Source: a virus. Taken from it: a stretch of 64,000 bases of DNA. Below the pieces are notes generated by a model. The model was not told the origin of the DNA. It did not search any database and saw only the letters and a program-made list of their open reading frames with translations. The stretch is from the IMG/VR virus record IMGVR_UViG_3300013233_000773; one strand, given 5' to 3'. The position numbers and the translations under genes are program-made. Shown here piece by piece: positions 48,342 to 56,856 of the stretch; within the stretch, counting starts at the first letter, position 1; every line of letters starts with the position of its first letter.

Positions 48342-49688
48342 TCACTCCATCTTCACCTGCAGCATCCTGCCGCCCCTGTTCGGGCTCAGGAACCTGTTGA
48401 ACGAAAGTCCCCACGCTATGGGATCCAGGGACGTTATCCCCAGAAGCCAGCACACCAAGGACCCGCCCGCACTCCCCCTCGCCGGACCGATCGGCCAGCC
48501 CCTCCTATGGGAGCAGTCCACCAGGTCCTTAGTAATCAGGAAGTACGAGGCAAAGCCCTTCTCGACGAACCTCCTAAGCTCCAGGATCATCTGCTCCCGA
48601 TAGGTCACCTCCAGGCCGTCCATCGTCGAATACTTCGTATCATCCAGGTGAAGACCACGCCTCTTGAAGCCCTCCCACGCGGCCTGCACCAGGACCGGCA
48701 CGTCGTTCTCAAGCCTAGGTAGCTTCGGCGAGACGTCCGGATCGAACGCCTCGCACATCTCCGCGACCAGCAGCGTCCCGTCACAGGCCTTCTCAAACTC
48801 CGCCAGCCCTACCCCGTCCGAATAGCCCTTCGTAAGGAAGGTCTTCCGAAGCTCCTCCCTCGTCTTGAAGAACTGCTCGTCCGAATTCACGTGGAAAAGC
48901 TCCGGATCGTCTACCGTGGTCCCCTGGTCTATCGCCATCATCGTCTTCTGGACCTCGAAGTCACGCCGTTCGAGATAGTGGCAGTCGTTCGTCAGGACGG
49001 TCCGTATTCCGAACCGGCCGGCCAGCTCAACAAGGGTCCTGAAGGCCTTCACGTCCCCAACCTCCTCGTCGAGGCACGGCATCTGCAGCTCGATGAAGTA
49101 GTTCTCACCGAACGCCTCCTTGAACATCTTGACGTACTCGACCGCGCCGCGGAACTCGCCGCCTGAGAGGTTATCCTGCCTGATCTCGTGAGCGACTGGA
49201 CCGTTAAGGCATCCGGAGAGGACGATGAGTCCCTCGGAGTGCGCGGCCAGGTTCTCGAACCACACCCTGGGCTTGTAGAAGAATCCGTGCTTTATCGCAT
49301 AGTTGTTTATCTTCAGGAGGTTGCCGTATCCGGTCATGTTCCTGCACAGGACGGTAATGTGCCTGTTCCTGCGCATCCTGGCGTTCAGTCCGCGCTGCGT
49401 CTCGAGCAGGTCCTTGACCTTTCCTCCGGACTCGACCAGCTTCCTCCTGCGCTGCTCGTAGTCGTTGTAGTACAGCTCGCACCCCGCTATGAACTTCACG
49501 GAGTGCTCAGTTGCCGAGATGTGCGCGTCCGGGATGCTGCTCATCGTCCCGTGCTCGGTTATGGCGAAGGCCGGCCACCCCCGTTCTGCGCAGGCACCGA
49601 AGTAGGCCTCTGGTTCGGCGACCCCGTCCAGCATGCTGAAGATGGTATGGTTGTGCAGGTGCACGAACTGTTCAGGAGCAGCGTCCAT
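48342..49688 (-). CDS. dnaE: DNA polymerase III alpha subunit, N-terminal PHP part
   Basis: FVHLHNHT, AITEHG, GCELY, LSGCLNG, TNDCHY, RGSAGGSLVCWLLGIT..DP, FNRFLSP. Confidence 0.93.
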   Translation of the reverse strand: MDAAPEQFVHLHNHTIFSMLDGVAEPEAYFGACAERGWPAFAITEHGTMSSIPDAHISATEHSVKFIAGCELYYNDYEQRRRKLVESGGKVKDLLETQRGLNARMRRNRHITVLCRNMTGYGNLLKINNYAIKHGFFYKPRVWFENLAAHSEGLIVLSGCLNGPVAHEIRQDNLSGGEFRGAVEYVKMFKEAFGENYFIELQMPCLDEEVGDVKAFRTLVELAGRFGIRTVLTNDCHYLERRDFEVQKTMMAIDQGTTVDDPELFHVNSDEQFFKTREELRKTFLTKGYSDGVGLAEFEKACDGTLLVAEMCEAFDPDVSPKLPRLENDVPVLVQAAWEGFKRRGLHLDDTKYSTMDGLEVTYREQMILELRRFVEKGFASYFLITKDLVDCSHRRGWPIGPARGSAGGSLVCWLLGITSLDPIAWGLSFNRFLSPNRGGRMLQVKME

Positions 49689-49713
49689 GACGGGTAAAAT
49701 ACTCCGCCAGTGA

Positions 49714-49721
49714 CAAAGATA
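49714..49721 (+). promoter_or_regulatory. CAAAGATA putative late promoter element
   Basis: 48 nt upstream of the tail-tip cassette. Confidence 0.6.
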
Positions 49722-49769
49722 GTATGGAGCACGGGAAAGTCCACTGAACCGGCACGTGGAGACACCTAG

Positions 49770-50114
49770 ATGAGTAGCGTCGATGGAATGGGAGCCAGGG
49801 GCGTCGTCCGTGCATGGGCAAGGTACGACGTGAAGAATAACGTTATTGGAAATTCATATCGGCTTCTCTCCATAACGGACGGCGACACCGGACAGGTTTC
49901 GTTCAACTGGGACGTGAGCTTTTCGGCCACGGACTATGTCACCGTGATAGGAACATCGTACCAGAACGGAGTCATCTTCAATGCGTTCGGAACTCTTCCT
50001 GGAAATCCATCACAGACTGTTACTGCGACGACCGTTCAGGTCAGAAGGGCTTCCGATGGAGCACTGGTGGAGACTGACAACATGAACGTCGCCGTTCTCG
50101 GGGATTTGGTATAA
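49770..50114 (+). CDS. stand-alone tail-fibre tip-like domain 1
   Basis: RAWARYD...SITDGDTG...F...DYV pattern typical of fibre C-terminal domains. Confidence 0.6.
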   Translation: MSSVDGMGARGVVRAWARYDVKNNVIGNSYRLLSITDGDTGQVSFNWDVSFSATDYVTVIGTSYQNGVIFNAFGTLPGNPSQTVTATTVQVRRASDGALVETDNMNVAVLGDLV

Positions 50115-50147
50115 CACCAGTCAAGACCGACAAAGCGAGGATCAAGA

Positions 50148-50483
50148 ATGTCATCGGCGGCACATGGAGCTGGTTCTATAGGAATAACTAAGGCGTGGTG
50201 TTCGTGGAACGGCGACACCACCGCCATCTATTCCAGTCTAAACGTGTCCAGCGTCACGGACTCTGACGTAGGAATCTACTCAATCAGCTTTACAATACCA
50301 TTCAAGGACACCAACTACGCAGCAGTCGTGTCCGCAGGATATGACGAAGGAGTAGTCTTCGATGCAGGATTCAGTCTTTCCCAGCACGGCAATAACCTAG
50401 TCACACAAGTTGAATGTAGAGCCAGAAGGGGCTCCACGAAATATGATCCTGACAACAACACCGTCGTGGTCTACTCGACCTGA
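50148..50483 (+). CDS. stand-alone tail-fibre tip-like domain 2 (paralog)
   Basis: KAWCSWNG...SLNVSSVTD..VGIYSISF..PFKDTNYA. Confidence 0.65.
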   Translation: MSSAAHGAGSIGITKAWCSWNGDTTAIYSSLNVSSVTDSDVGIYSISFTIPFKDTNYAAVVSAGYDEGVVFDAGFSLSQHGNNLVTQVECRARRGSTKYDPDNNTVVVYST

Positions 50484-50500
50484 AGACTAGGAGACAAAAC

Positions 50501-50962
50501 ATGAACCCCACTACCAAGAGGATAATCCTCAAGGACCAGACAGGACACCTCCACGTCGTCATTCCGGCCAGACCAATCAAGCCCGGAGAGACCGAGAAGG
50601 AATATCTAGACGACATAGCCTCCAAGGCAGCCATCCCAGGAACCGCCGAGATAGCCAGGATCGACGCCTCCGAACTCCCAGCCAGCCGCTCCTTCCGCAG
50701 TCAATGGCGGCACGACGGAACGGCCGTCAAGGTCGACATGGCGTTGGCAAGAGTCGAAAAGATGAAAAGAATACGCGAAAAGCGCAACCAGCTCCTAGCC
50801 GCAACGGACGGCGAATACCTGAAACAGAGCGAGAGAGGGACCGCAAGCCAGGCCCTGAAGACCAAGCGCCAAAGCCTCAGGGACATCCCACAGAACACCA
50901 ACCTGTCCACCATCTCCACGCCAGAGGAGCTCGAGGCCTTCGAGCCGACATGGCCGGCATGA
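50501..50962 (+). CDS. tail fibre assembly chaperone-like protein
   Basis: LPASRSFRSQW; IREKRNQLLAATD...RQSLRDIPQ...WP. Confidence 0.75.
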   Translation: MNPTTKRIILKDQTGHLHVVIPARPIKPGETEKEYLDDIASKAAIPGTAEIARIDASELPASRSFRSQWRHDGTAVKVDMALARVEKMKRIREKRNQLLAATDGEYLKQSERGTASQALKTKRQSLRDIPQNTNLSTISTPEELEAFEPTWPA

Positions 50963-50996
50963 CGGCCTGATCCCCAGCCCTCAAACATAGCACGAC

Positions 50997-51434
50997 ATGG
51001 CGACAATACTAGGACAGGGATCCACCGTCCCCAGCTTCAGCGCATACGAGGGGACCAGCGCCGGTTCAAAGACCGGTGCCCAGGTCATCACCTACGACAC
51101 CAAGGTCTTCGACACCCACGGCTGGCTCGACGTCACCGTCAACAAGGGAAGATACACCCCCAAGATAGCCGGAAAGTACCTCTTCACCGCCTGCTGGCAA
51201 TACGGCCTCTCCGACGCCAACAACATAACCATAGGCATCGCGCTGAACGGCACCGTCATCAAGTGGGGAAACGAAATAGAGTTCTCGGGCGGCTTCCCAT
51301 GGGTCCAGTCCAGCTGGATCCTCGAGCTGAACGGAAGCACCGACTACGCCGAGATAATGTCCAGCGCAACGTCCACCTACGCCAGGCAGCCAGAAGCCCA
51401 GGACACCTGGGTAATGGGCACCCTCCTGGCCTAG
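50997..51434 (+). CDS. C1q-like beta-sandwich protein (fibre tip-like)
   Basis: PSFSAY...FDT...GRYTPKIAGKYLF...LELNGSTDYAEI. Confidence 0.7.
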   Translation: MATILGQGSTVPSFSAYEGTSAGSKTGAQVITYDTKVFDTHGWLDVTVNKGRYTPKIAGKYLFTACWQYGLSDANNITIGIALNGTVIKWGNEIEFSGGFPWVQSSWILELNGSTDYAEIMSSATSTYARQPEAQDTWVMGTLLA

Positions 51435-53980
51435 GTCCCACCACAGTCCGGCGGCAAAGCCAGCCGGTACGTCACCGACACCACCCCGGACAGCCGACCG
51501 GGCCTCCGCACCGAATCCCACAGCCCAGCCAGGAGCACCGCGTCCGTAGCCTCCCCGTCCAGACCCTCAAGGTCCACGTACAGGTCAAGGTCCAGGTGCC
51601 TAGCGTCCGGATCAAGCATCTGCGACCCCGGAGAGTCCGCACCGCCCGGATTGTTCGCCGACAGGCCATTCTTGACCGACGTCACGAAGTCCTGGACGTC
51701 CCTCGTAAGGAACTGCCCATTCCGCACCACCTGACTCCTAGTAAGCAGGTTCCCCTCATCGTCCTCCGCATACTCCGGGAACAACGGAGGCGGATCCGCA
51801 GACCTGTCCCCCGTCGGATCCACGTGCGCCCCATCCGGCCACACGTTCCCCTTCGTGGAGATCCTCGCGATTATCTTCCTCTGCTGCGAATCCAGTATCT
51901 CGTACAGGTCCCCCGGAGAAGGAGTACGCACCTTAGTCCCACCGGACAGCGTAACCGCCCTCCACGGCCTCCTCAGGATCAGCGTGTCCGAAGTATTGTC
52001 CCTGATCGTCCTGGACTGCCCGGCCAGGTCACCGGTCAACAGCGTCACCCGAAAGCCGTTGTTGGCCGGGAACGACCCATTGTCGTCGTTCTGGCGCTCC
52101 TTCCACTGGCCGTTCGTCCACGTCTTCGTCGTGTCTATCAGAACCCGCCTCGACGAGGAAGCCGTCGACACCGACCCCGTCCCATCCACGGGAGGGCCCG
52201 AAGGCGTAGTGGACGACAGCACCACCAGCTCGTCCCGCAGGGTCGGATGCAGCGTATGCCCGTCTCCGCGCAGGTTGTCCCTCTTCGACTCGAACGCCTC
52301 CCTGTCACCCGGCCACTCCTGCCTCGTCGCCCTGTTCGCGGACGGATCGCCCTGCCTCCGGCGCAGCGTCATCAGGTCGAACGTGTAATAGTTGTTCAGG
52401 GCAAAGTCAGGATTGTTCGAGTTCCTAGAGACGCGCAGCGCCGCCGTAAGGTCGACGATCAGCACGTTCGCCCCCTGCCTGGTAAAGTGCAGCGGCGTAA
52501 TGTACTCATAGTCCTTGTCCAGGTTCCGCCTGAACTGCTGCGCATGGCTCCGCCCGCTCACCGGAACCGTCTGCTGGAACGTGTCCACCGACACCCACGA
52601 TCCAGTGGTCGACGCATCAACCGCCCGCACCACATCCGGATCGAAGTAGAACAGCATCTTGCGCGCCGTATCGAACCACACCCGGCAGTCCGAAGCCGTA
52701 GCCGTCCCGGACGTCCCCGTCGCAACCACCGGACAGTCGGCCTGCGCACAGAACGTAAAGTCCCCACCCACGGCTACCGGCAACCACCCCGTCTTCTCCC
52801 CATCGTTGAAGACCTTGATCCACAGCGTAGTGTTCTCGTCCGGCGGATCCGAACCCGAAGGATCGCCGCTAGAACGGCCATAGACCGCACCGATCCGGCC
52901 CCGCACCACCCCCTCCGGACTGCCCGGACCGAACTTGACGTTGTCCCCCGTCACGAACCCATCGTCGTCCAGCAGGCCATTCCCCTCGCCGCCCACCGCG
53001 TTCTTAAGGCCACCCGCCACGACGGACCGGGATACCAAAGCCTCCCCAAGGACGTCCAGACCCGACGACGAGAAGAACCCACGCACTGACGGACACACCC
53101 CGACCGCGCCCGTCAGGAACCTGACGAAGCCACCGGAGCCAGTCGCCGACGCGTCCGACACCACGTCCACCACCGCCGAACCGCGCGAAGTCGAAGAGTC
53201 CAGCGAACAGTCCGAAGTACCACCAGTGCCGAGCCCAAAGGAAACCCCCGCGCTCAACAGGGTATGTTCGGAGTCCGGTCCGAACAGGCCCTTTGCCGCC
53301 TGCACACGGCCCAGAACGTCGCCGAGCTCCAGCTTGTAGGACAGCAGGCCACCGGCCATATCCAGGAGGACGTCGCCGCCAGAGACCTGCAGCCTGTTTC
53401 CGAGGCCCTTCACGGGCACCGCCGTCCCGATCCCGACGGTGCCCTCAGAGTCGATGCGCATGTGCTCGACTATCGCGAAGTCAGAGCCAGTGCCCCCGAC
53501 CGTGCCACCGGTCGCCGGAAGATCCATCGTCGTCGCGAACTGCAGATACCCAGCCCTGCTCCCATCCTCCCCCTTCTCCTTGCGCCCAGCCACCGTCCCG
53601 AACGCAAAGACCTCATCAGAGAGCGACGAGCTCTTCCCGCTGAACCTAAGCTGCGGGCCGACATCAGCACCCGGAACATCACAGCTTATCAGCCTGACGT
53701 TGCCCGCCAGCTCACCAGAGTCCACCACGTCCGACGGAATCTGGAAGCCAACGGAGCTCCTGAAGATCTTCAGGCCGTCTATCTCGAACTGGTCGCTGAA
53801 CGTGTCGACGAACTTCTTCGTGGACTCCCCCGTCCCACCGCTCGATATGGGCAGGACGAACCCCGTCGTGCCGTCCAGGGAGCCGGATATGGCCACCGAC
53901 AGGGCCTTCTCGGCGGTGGCCCGGATCTCGTCTATGAGGGCCTCCACCCGCCTCAGCCCATCAAGGTTCTCGTTAGCCAT
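51431..53980 (-). CDS. tail fibre-like virion protein
   Basis: LPISSGGTG, MRIDSEGTVGIGT, GSPEGVV..IGAVY; Gly/Ser/Thr-rich; CAAAGATA at 54018-54025. Confidence 0.7.
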   Translation of the reverse strand: MANENLDGLRRVEALIDEIRATAEKALSVAISGSLDGTTGFVLPISSGGTGESTKKFVDTFSDQFEIDGLKIFRSSVGFQIPSDVVDSGELAGNVRLISCDVPGADVGPQLRFSGKSSSLSDEVFAFGTVAGRKEKGEDGSRAGYLQFATTMDLPATGGTVGGTGSDFAIVEHMRIDSEGTVGIGTAVPVKGLGNRLQVSGGDVLLDMAGGLLSYKLELGDVLGRVQAAKGLFGPDSEHTLLSAGVSFGLGTGGTSDCSLDSSTSRGSAVVDVVSDASATGSGGFVRFLTGAVGVCPSVRGFFSSSGLDVLGEALVSRSVVAGGLKNAVGGEGNGLLDDDGFVTGDNVKFGPGSPEGVVRGRIGAVYGRSSGDPSGSDPPDENTTLWIKVFNDGEKTGWLPVAVGGDFTFCAQADCPVVATGTSGTATASDCRVWFDTARKMLFYFDPDVVRAVDASTTGSWVSVDTFQQTVPVSGRSHAQQFRRNLDKDYEYITPLHFTRQGANVLIVDLTAALRVSRNSNNPDFALNNYYTFDLMTLRRRQGDPSANRATRQEWPGDREAFESKRDNLRGDGHTLHPTLRDELVVLSSTTPSGPPVDGTGSVSTASSSRRVLIDTTKTWTNGQWKERQNDDNGSFPANNGFRVTLLTGDLAGQSRTIRDNTSDTLILRRPWRAVTLSGGTKVRTPSPGDLYEILDSQQRKIIARISTKGNVWPDGAHVDPTGDRSADPPPLFPEYAEDDEGNLLTRSQVVRNGQFLTRDVQDFVTSVKNGLSANNPGGADSPGSQMLDPDARHLDLDLYVDLEGLDGEATDAVLLAGLWDSVRRPGRLSGVVSVTYRLALPPDCGGT

Positions 53981-54032
53981 TCAAGGACTCTCCGGGGATG
54001 CGCCTGGTCCGACCCGATATCTTTGTCCAGCG

Positions 54033-54362
54033 TCACGCATAGAACCCGTCCGAGTCCACGCACACCAGGTCGTCGAACGACACTATACAGTACACAGGCC
54101 GCTCCGGATCCTCCACCGTGGGACATATCTCATAATAGAACCTGGCCTCGCGGTCTATCACCACCCTGTCCCCGACCGCCACCTCACGGCACCCGAACCT
54201 CCCGTCCTCCTTCCCGCAGAGCGGACAGTCCCTCCCGAAAGAGACCACCCTCCCCACCTGCGCAGGACCGTCCGCGTCCTCCAGCTCCAGAAGGACATGC
54301 CTCCCGACAGGCACCGGCAGAGCCTTCCCGCCCGGTCGTCCGCTCTCCGTGCCCTCACTCAT
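54033..54362 (-). CDS. GroES/Cpn10-like co-chaperonin (short mobile loop, CxxC insert)
   Basis: PVGRHVLL...GRVVSFG...VAVGDRVVI...YCIVSFDDLVCV. Confidence 0.6.
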   Translation of the reverse strand: MSEGTESGRPGGKALPVPVGRHVLLELEDADGPAQVGRVVSFGRDCPLCGKEDGRFGCREVAVGDRVVIDREARFYYEICPTVEDPERPVYCIVSFDDLVCVDSDGFYA

Positions 54363-55407
54363 CGGAGTGCATCTCCGCAGCCGTCAAGCAGCCCCTCGAC
54401 ACCGCAAGCAGCGGCTCAGGAGCCTGCCTCACCTCCCCAACGGGAACGCCCAACTCCCCAGAGTGCTCCGACAGCTTCGCCGAGAGCAGAACCATAAAGC
54501 CCTTCGGCATCGACGTCCCCCCAGCGTTCACCACCGTCACCGGCTCCGGAAACCTACACTTGTCCCTGTTGTCGCCAAAGCCCCTCGCTATCGAATGCAC
54601 GATATTCTCAACCTGTATCTCGTACATGATCCTCAGGGCCTGCCCCACCGAACCCGCCGGATGGTCAACCCCAAGGTCGAACTCGGGAGACGTCTTCACC
54701 GCCGCCACCGACGTAGGAGTCTCCCTATAGTCCCCCTCCGGACGCGCCGGATCGTACCCGAACCTCCTCGCCGCCTCCAGGTCGATCAGGTCACCCGCCC
54801 CCACCACGCAGAACTCGAAGATCGGGATCCCCATGTACGCCGCATGCACCGTGATGGTCCCCGCGCCCCACGAGATGCCAATGGCAGGCCCCTGCACGTC
54901 CATGATCAGGCACCGCGCCTCGTTTACATGGAAGGCACTGATCCGCTCCTGCCCCACGAACTTCTCGATCATCAACTGGACGATCCTACGGTGAAAGTCC
55001 ACGTTCAGGGACTCGGAGTTCACCGCCTTGGCCGTCGTGCAGTAGTACAGCACCGTCCCCTTCTCCGGAGACTTCCCCACCACCGACTCTATTATCGACT
55101 TGACGATGATCGCCATGATCTCCTGCGCGGCCGGATCGTCCCGCGAAACCCCACCCTCCGCCATCGGACGGCGCAGCGTCTTGTTGAACATGAACGCAAG
55201 CTTCTCCGCCTTCCCCCCGATCGCTATCAGCGACCCACCATGCTCCACGTGCGGCACCCCCTGCTTCACCAGAAGCTGCCTGGTGAACTGGTCGTCCCGC
55301 CTCAGCTCAATGTAGCCGTTCACCTCGTACCGGCTCCTGACGCGGCCATCCTCCCTCCACGACAGCACGATGTGCTTAGTGCCCAGGTCAAGTCCAAGCC
55401 TATCCAT
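54355..55407 (-). CDS. actin-like ATPase (MreB/ParM/MamK superfamily)
   Basis: GLDLGT phosphate 1, RRPMAEG, VNEAR connect 1, ISWGAGT phosphate 2, AGDLID, AGGTS adenosine, AVSRG. Confidence 0.85.
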   Translation of the reverse strand: MDRLGLDLGTKHIVLSWREDGRVRSRYEVNGYIELRRDDQFTRQLLVKQGVPHVEHGGSLIAIGGKAEKLAFMFNKTLRRPMAEGGVSRDDPAAQEIMAIIVKSIIESVVGKSPEKGTVLYYCTTAKAVNSESLNVDFHRRIVQLMIEKFVGQERISAFHVNEARCLIMDVQGPAIGISWGAGTITVHAAYMGIPIFEFCVVGAGDLIDLEAARRFGYDPARPEGDYRETPTSVAAVKTSPEFDLGVDHPAGSVGQALRIMYEIQVENIVHSIARGFGDNRDKCRFPEPVTVVNAGGTSMPKGFMVLLSAKLSEHSGELGVPVGEVRQAPEPLLAVSRGCLTAAEMHSDE

Positions 55408-55705
55408 GATGATCCTCCTGATCCGCCCCCTTGACGTCCTCGCCGAACCCGACGGGACTGCTCCCGAGCCCCCCAAGGCCCGACGCGAACTGCTCGAGCC
55501 GCTCCTCGTCGGACACCGGAACGACAGGCCCACCACCTGGGCCGCCTCCTCCCGCCTCAACCCATGGTCCGGATCCACCGGAAGGCTTCCCCTCCGCAGG
55601 CCCGGCGGGTCCATCGACGACGACGCGAACCGGCGCGACCTCAACCCGCACCTCCAGTCTCCCAGGACAAGGACCGAACAGCCACCTCAGGAACCTCCCG
55701 ATCAC
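55400..55705 (-). CDS. small hypothetical protein upstream of the actin gene
   Basis: GTG start; overlaps the actin start. Confidence 0.45.
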   Translation of the reverse strand: MIGRFLRWLFGPCPGRLEVRVEVAPVRVVVDGPAGPAEGKPSGGSGPWVEAGGGGPGGGPVVPVSDEERLEQFASGLGGLGSSPVGFGEDVKGADQEDHHG

Positions 55706-56202
55706 CGACCACCCCCATCCCTCCCGGCCAGATGCAAGAACCTGGCCGCGTCCCCCTCCCGCACGAACATGACCGAACCCACCCCCACCTGCGAGACGGT
55801 CACCTCCCCATCCCATATCACCATGAGCTCACGGTCCCCACAACCGCACACCGTCCCCAGCCTCTCCCCACACGAAACCCTCACTGGAGCAGGACCCTCC
55901 CCATGCCTCTCCTCACACCACAGCACGCACGCCCCCGCGTCCCCCGAGCAGGAGGAACCGGAACCAGGGCAGGCCCTATACCGCGCGAACCGATAGCGTG
56001 CCCCGGAACGCTCCTCCCGCCCGACCAGCCACCCGTCAACCTCCCGCCACAGGACCCACGCCCCGCTCCTGCCAGTCCCCGACGACCGGAGAGTCCTAAA
56101 GCCCCCACCCCCGGCACGGTATCCTGCGGCCAGCCGGAGCCTCTCCCGCCTCGATGGAGGATCCTCTGGAACCATCGTCTTCACGAACCTAGGCACGCCC
56201 AT
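55702..56202 (-). CDS. hypothetical protein
   Basis: Overlapping co-oriented ORF. Confidence 0.45.
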   Translation of the reverse strand: MGVPRFVKTMVPEDPPSRRERLRLAAGYRAGGGGFRTLRSSGTGRSGAWVLWREVDGWLVGREERSGARYRFARYRACPGSGSSCSGDAGACVLWCEERHGEGPAPVRVSCGERLGTVCGCGDRELMVIWDGEVTVSQVGVGSVMFVREGDAARFLHLAGRDGGGR

Positions 56203-56512
56203 GGCCGACCCCGCGCACCAGGTGCAGCTTCAGCAGGCTGCACACGAACCCCGGACACCCGGCCCAGCCAGGAGGAACCCTAGCGTCCAGCCCAGCGTCA
56301 AGCCTCACCGCAGCCTCCACCGCCTCCCTCAGCCTACCCATCCCAAGGAAGTGGAGCACCATGTTCCGGTGACCAACTGGAGGAAGCTGCTCCCAGCACG
56401 CCCTGGAGGCCTCGTGCACGTCCATGAACTGCCTCGAGCACGGCCACGCCGCAAGATACGCCCCGCGCCGCCGTTCCGGGCAGCCGTCCAGAAAGTCCTC
56501 GAGACCGCTCAC
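56189..56512 (-). CDS. hypothetical protein
   Basis: GTG overlapping the upstream stop (MSGLEDF). Confidence 0.45.
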   Translation of the reverse strand: MSGLEDFLDGCPERRRGAYLAAWPCSRQFMDVHEASRACWEQLPPVGHRNMVLHFLGMGRLREAVEAAVRLDAGLDARVPPGWAGCPGFVCSLLKLHLVRGVGHGRA

Positions 56513-56844
56513 TGCCCCAGGGCGTCCCCTACGGCATCCTCGAACGCCCTCATCACCCTCTTCCTCGGAGAGTCCAGCCGCTCCCCGTCCTGGAACGGTA
56601 GGAGCCCCTGCACCATCTCGACCTCCCCATCCGGAACGGATGGCTCCTCTGCCGGCTCGCTGCTGCACTTCCACCCCTCCTTCTTCAGCCTGGAGACCAC
56701 TATCGGAATCCTGGCCGAAGGCGTCCCTATCGACCTGGCATAGCGCCACCAGGCGTTCGCGCACGCCTTCTTGGCAGACACAGCCTCCGTCATGCACGAA
56801 AACTTGACCATCCCCCGCAGAGAAATGGTGCACGAATATGTCAT
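56509..56844 (-). CDS. hypothetical protein
   Basis: GGAGGG upstream. Confidence 0.5.
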   Translation of the reverse strand: MTYSCTISLRGMVKFSCMTEAVSAKKACANAWWRYARSIGTPSARIPIVVSRLKKEGWKCSSEPAEEPSVPDGEVEMVQGLLPFQDGERLDSPRKRVMRAFEDAVGDALGQ

Positions 56845-56856
56845 GCAGTCACCCTC

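Noticed and set aside
47300-48400. Split intein joining the dnaE halves
   Set aside because: No block A at the end of the N part and no block F/G at the start of the C part
49770-53980. Shufflon or DGR acting on the tail fibre
   Set aside because: No invertase, reverse transcriptase, crossover repeats or TR/VR pair seen in the window
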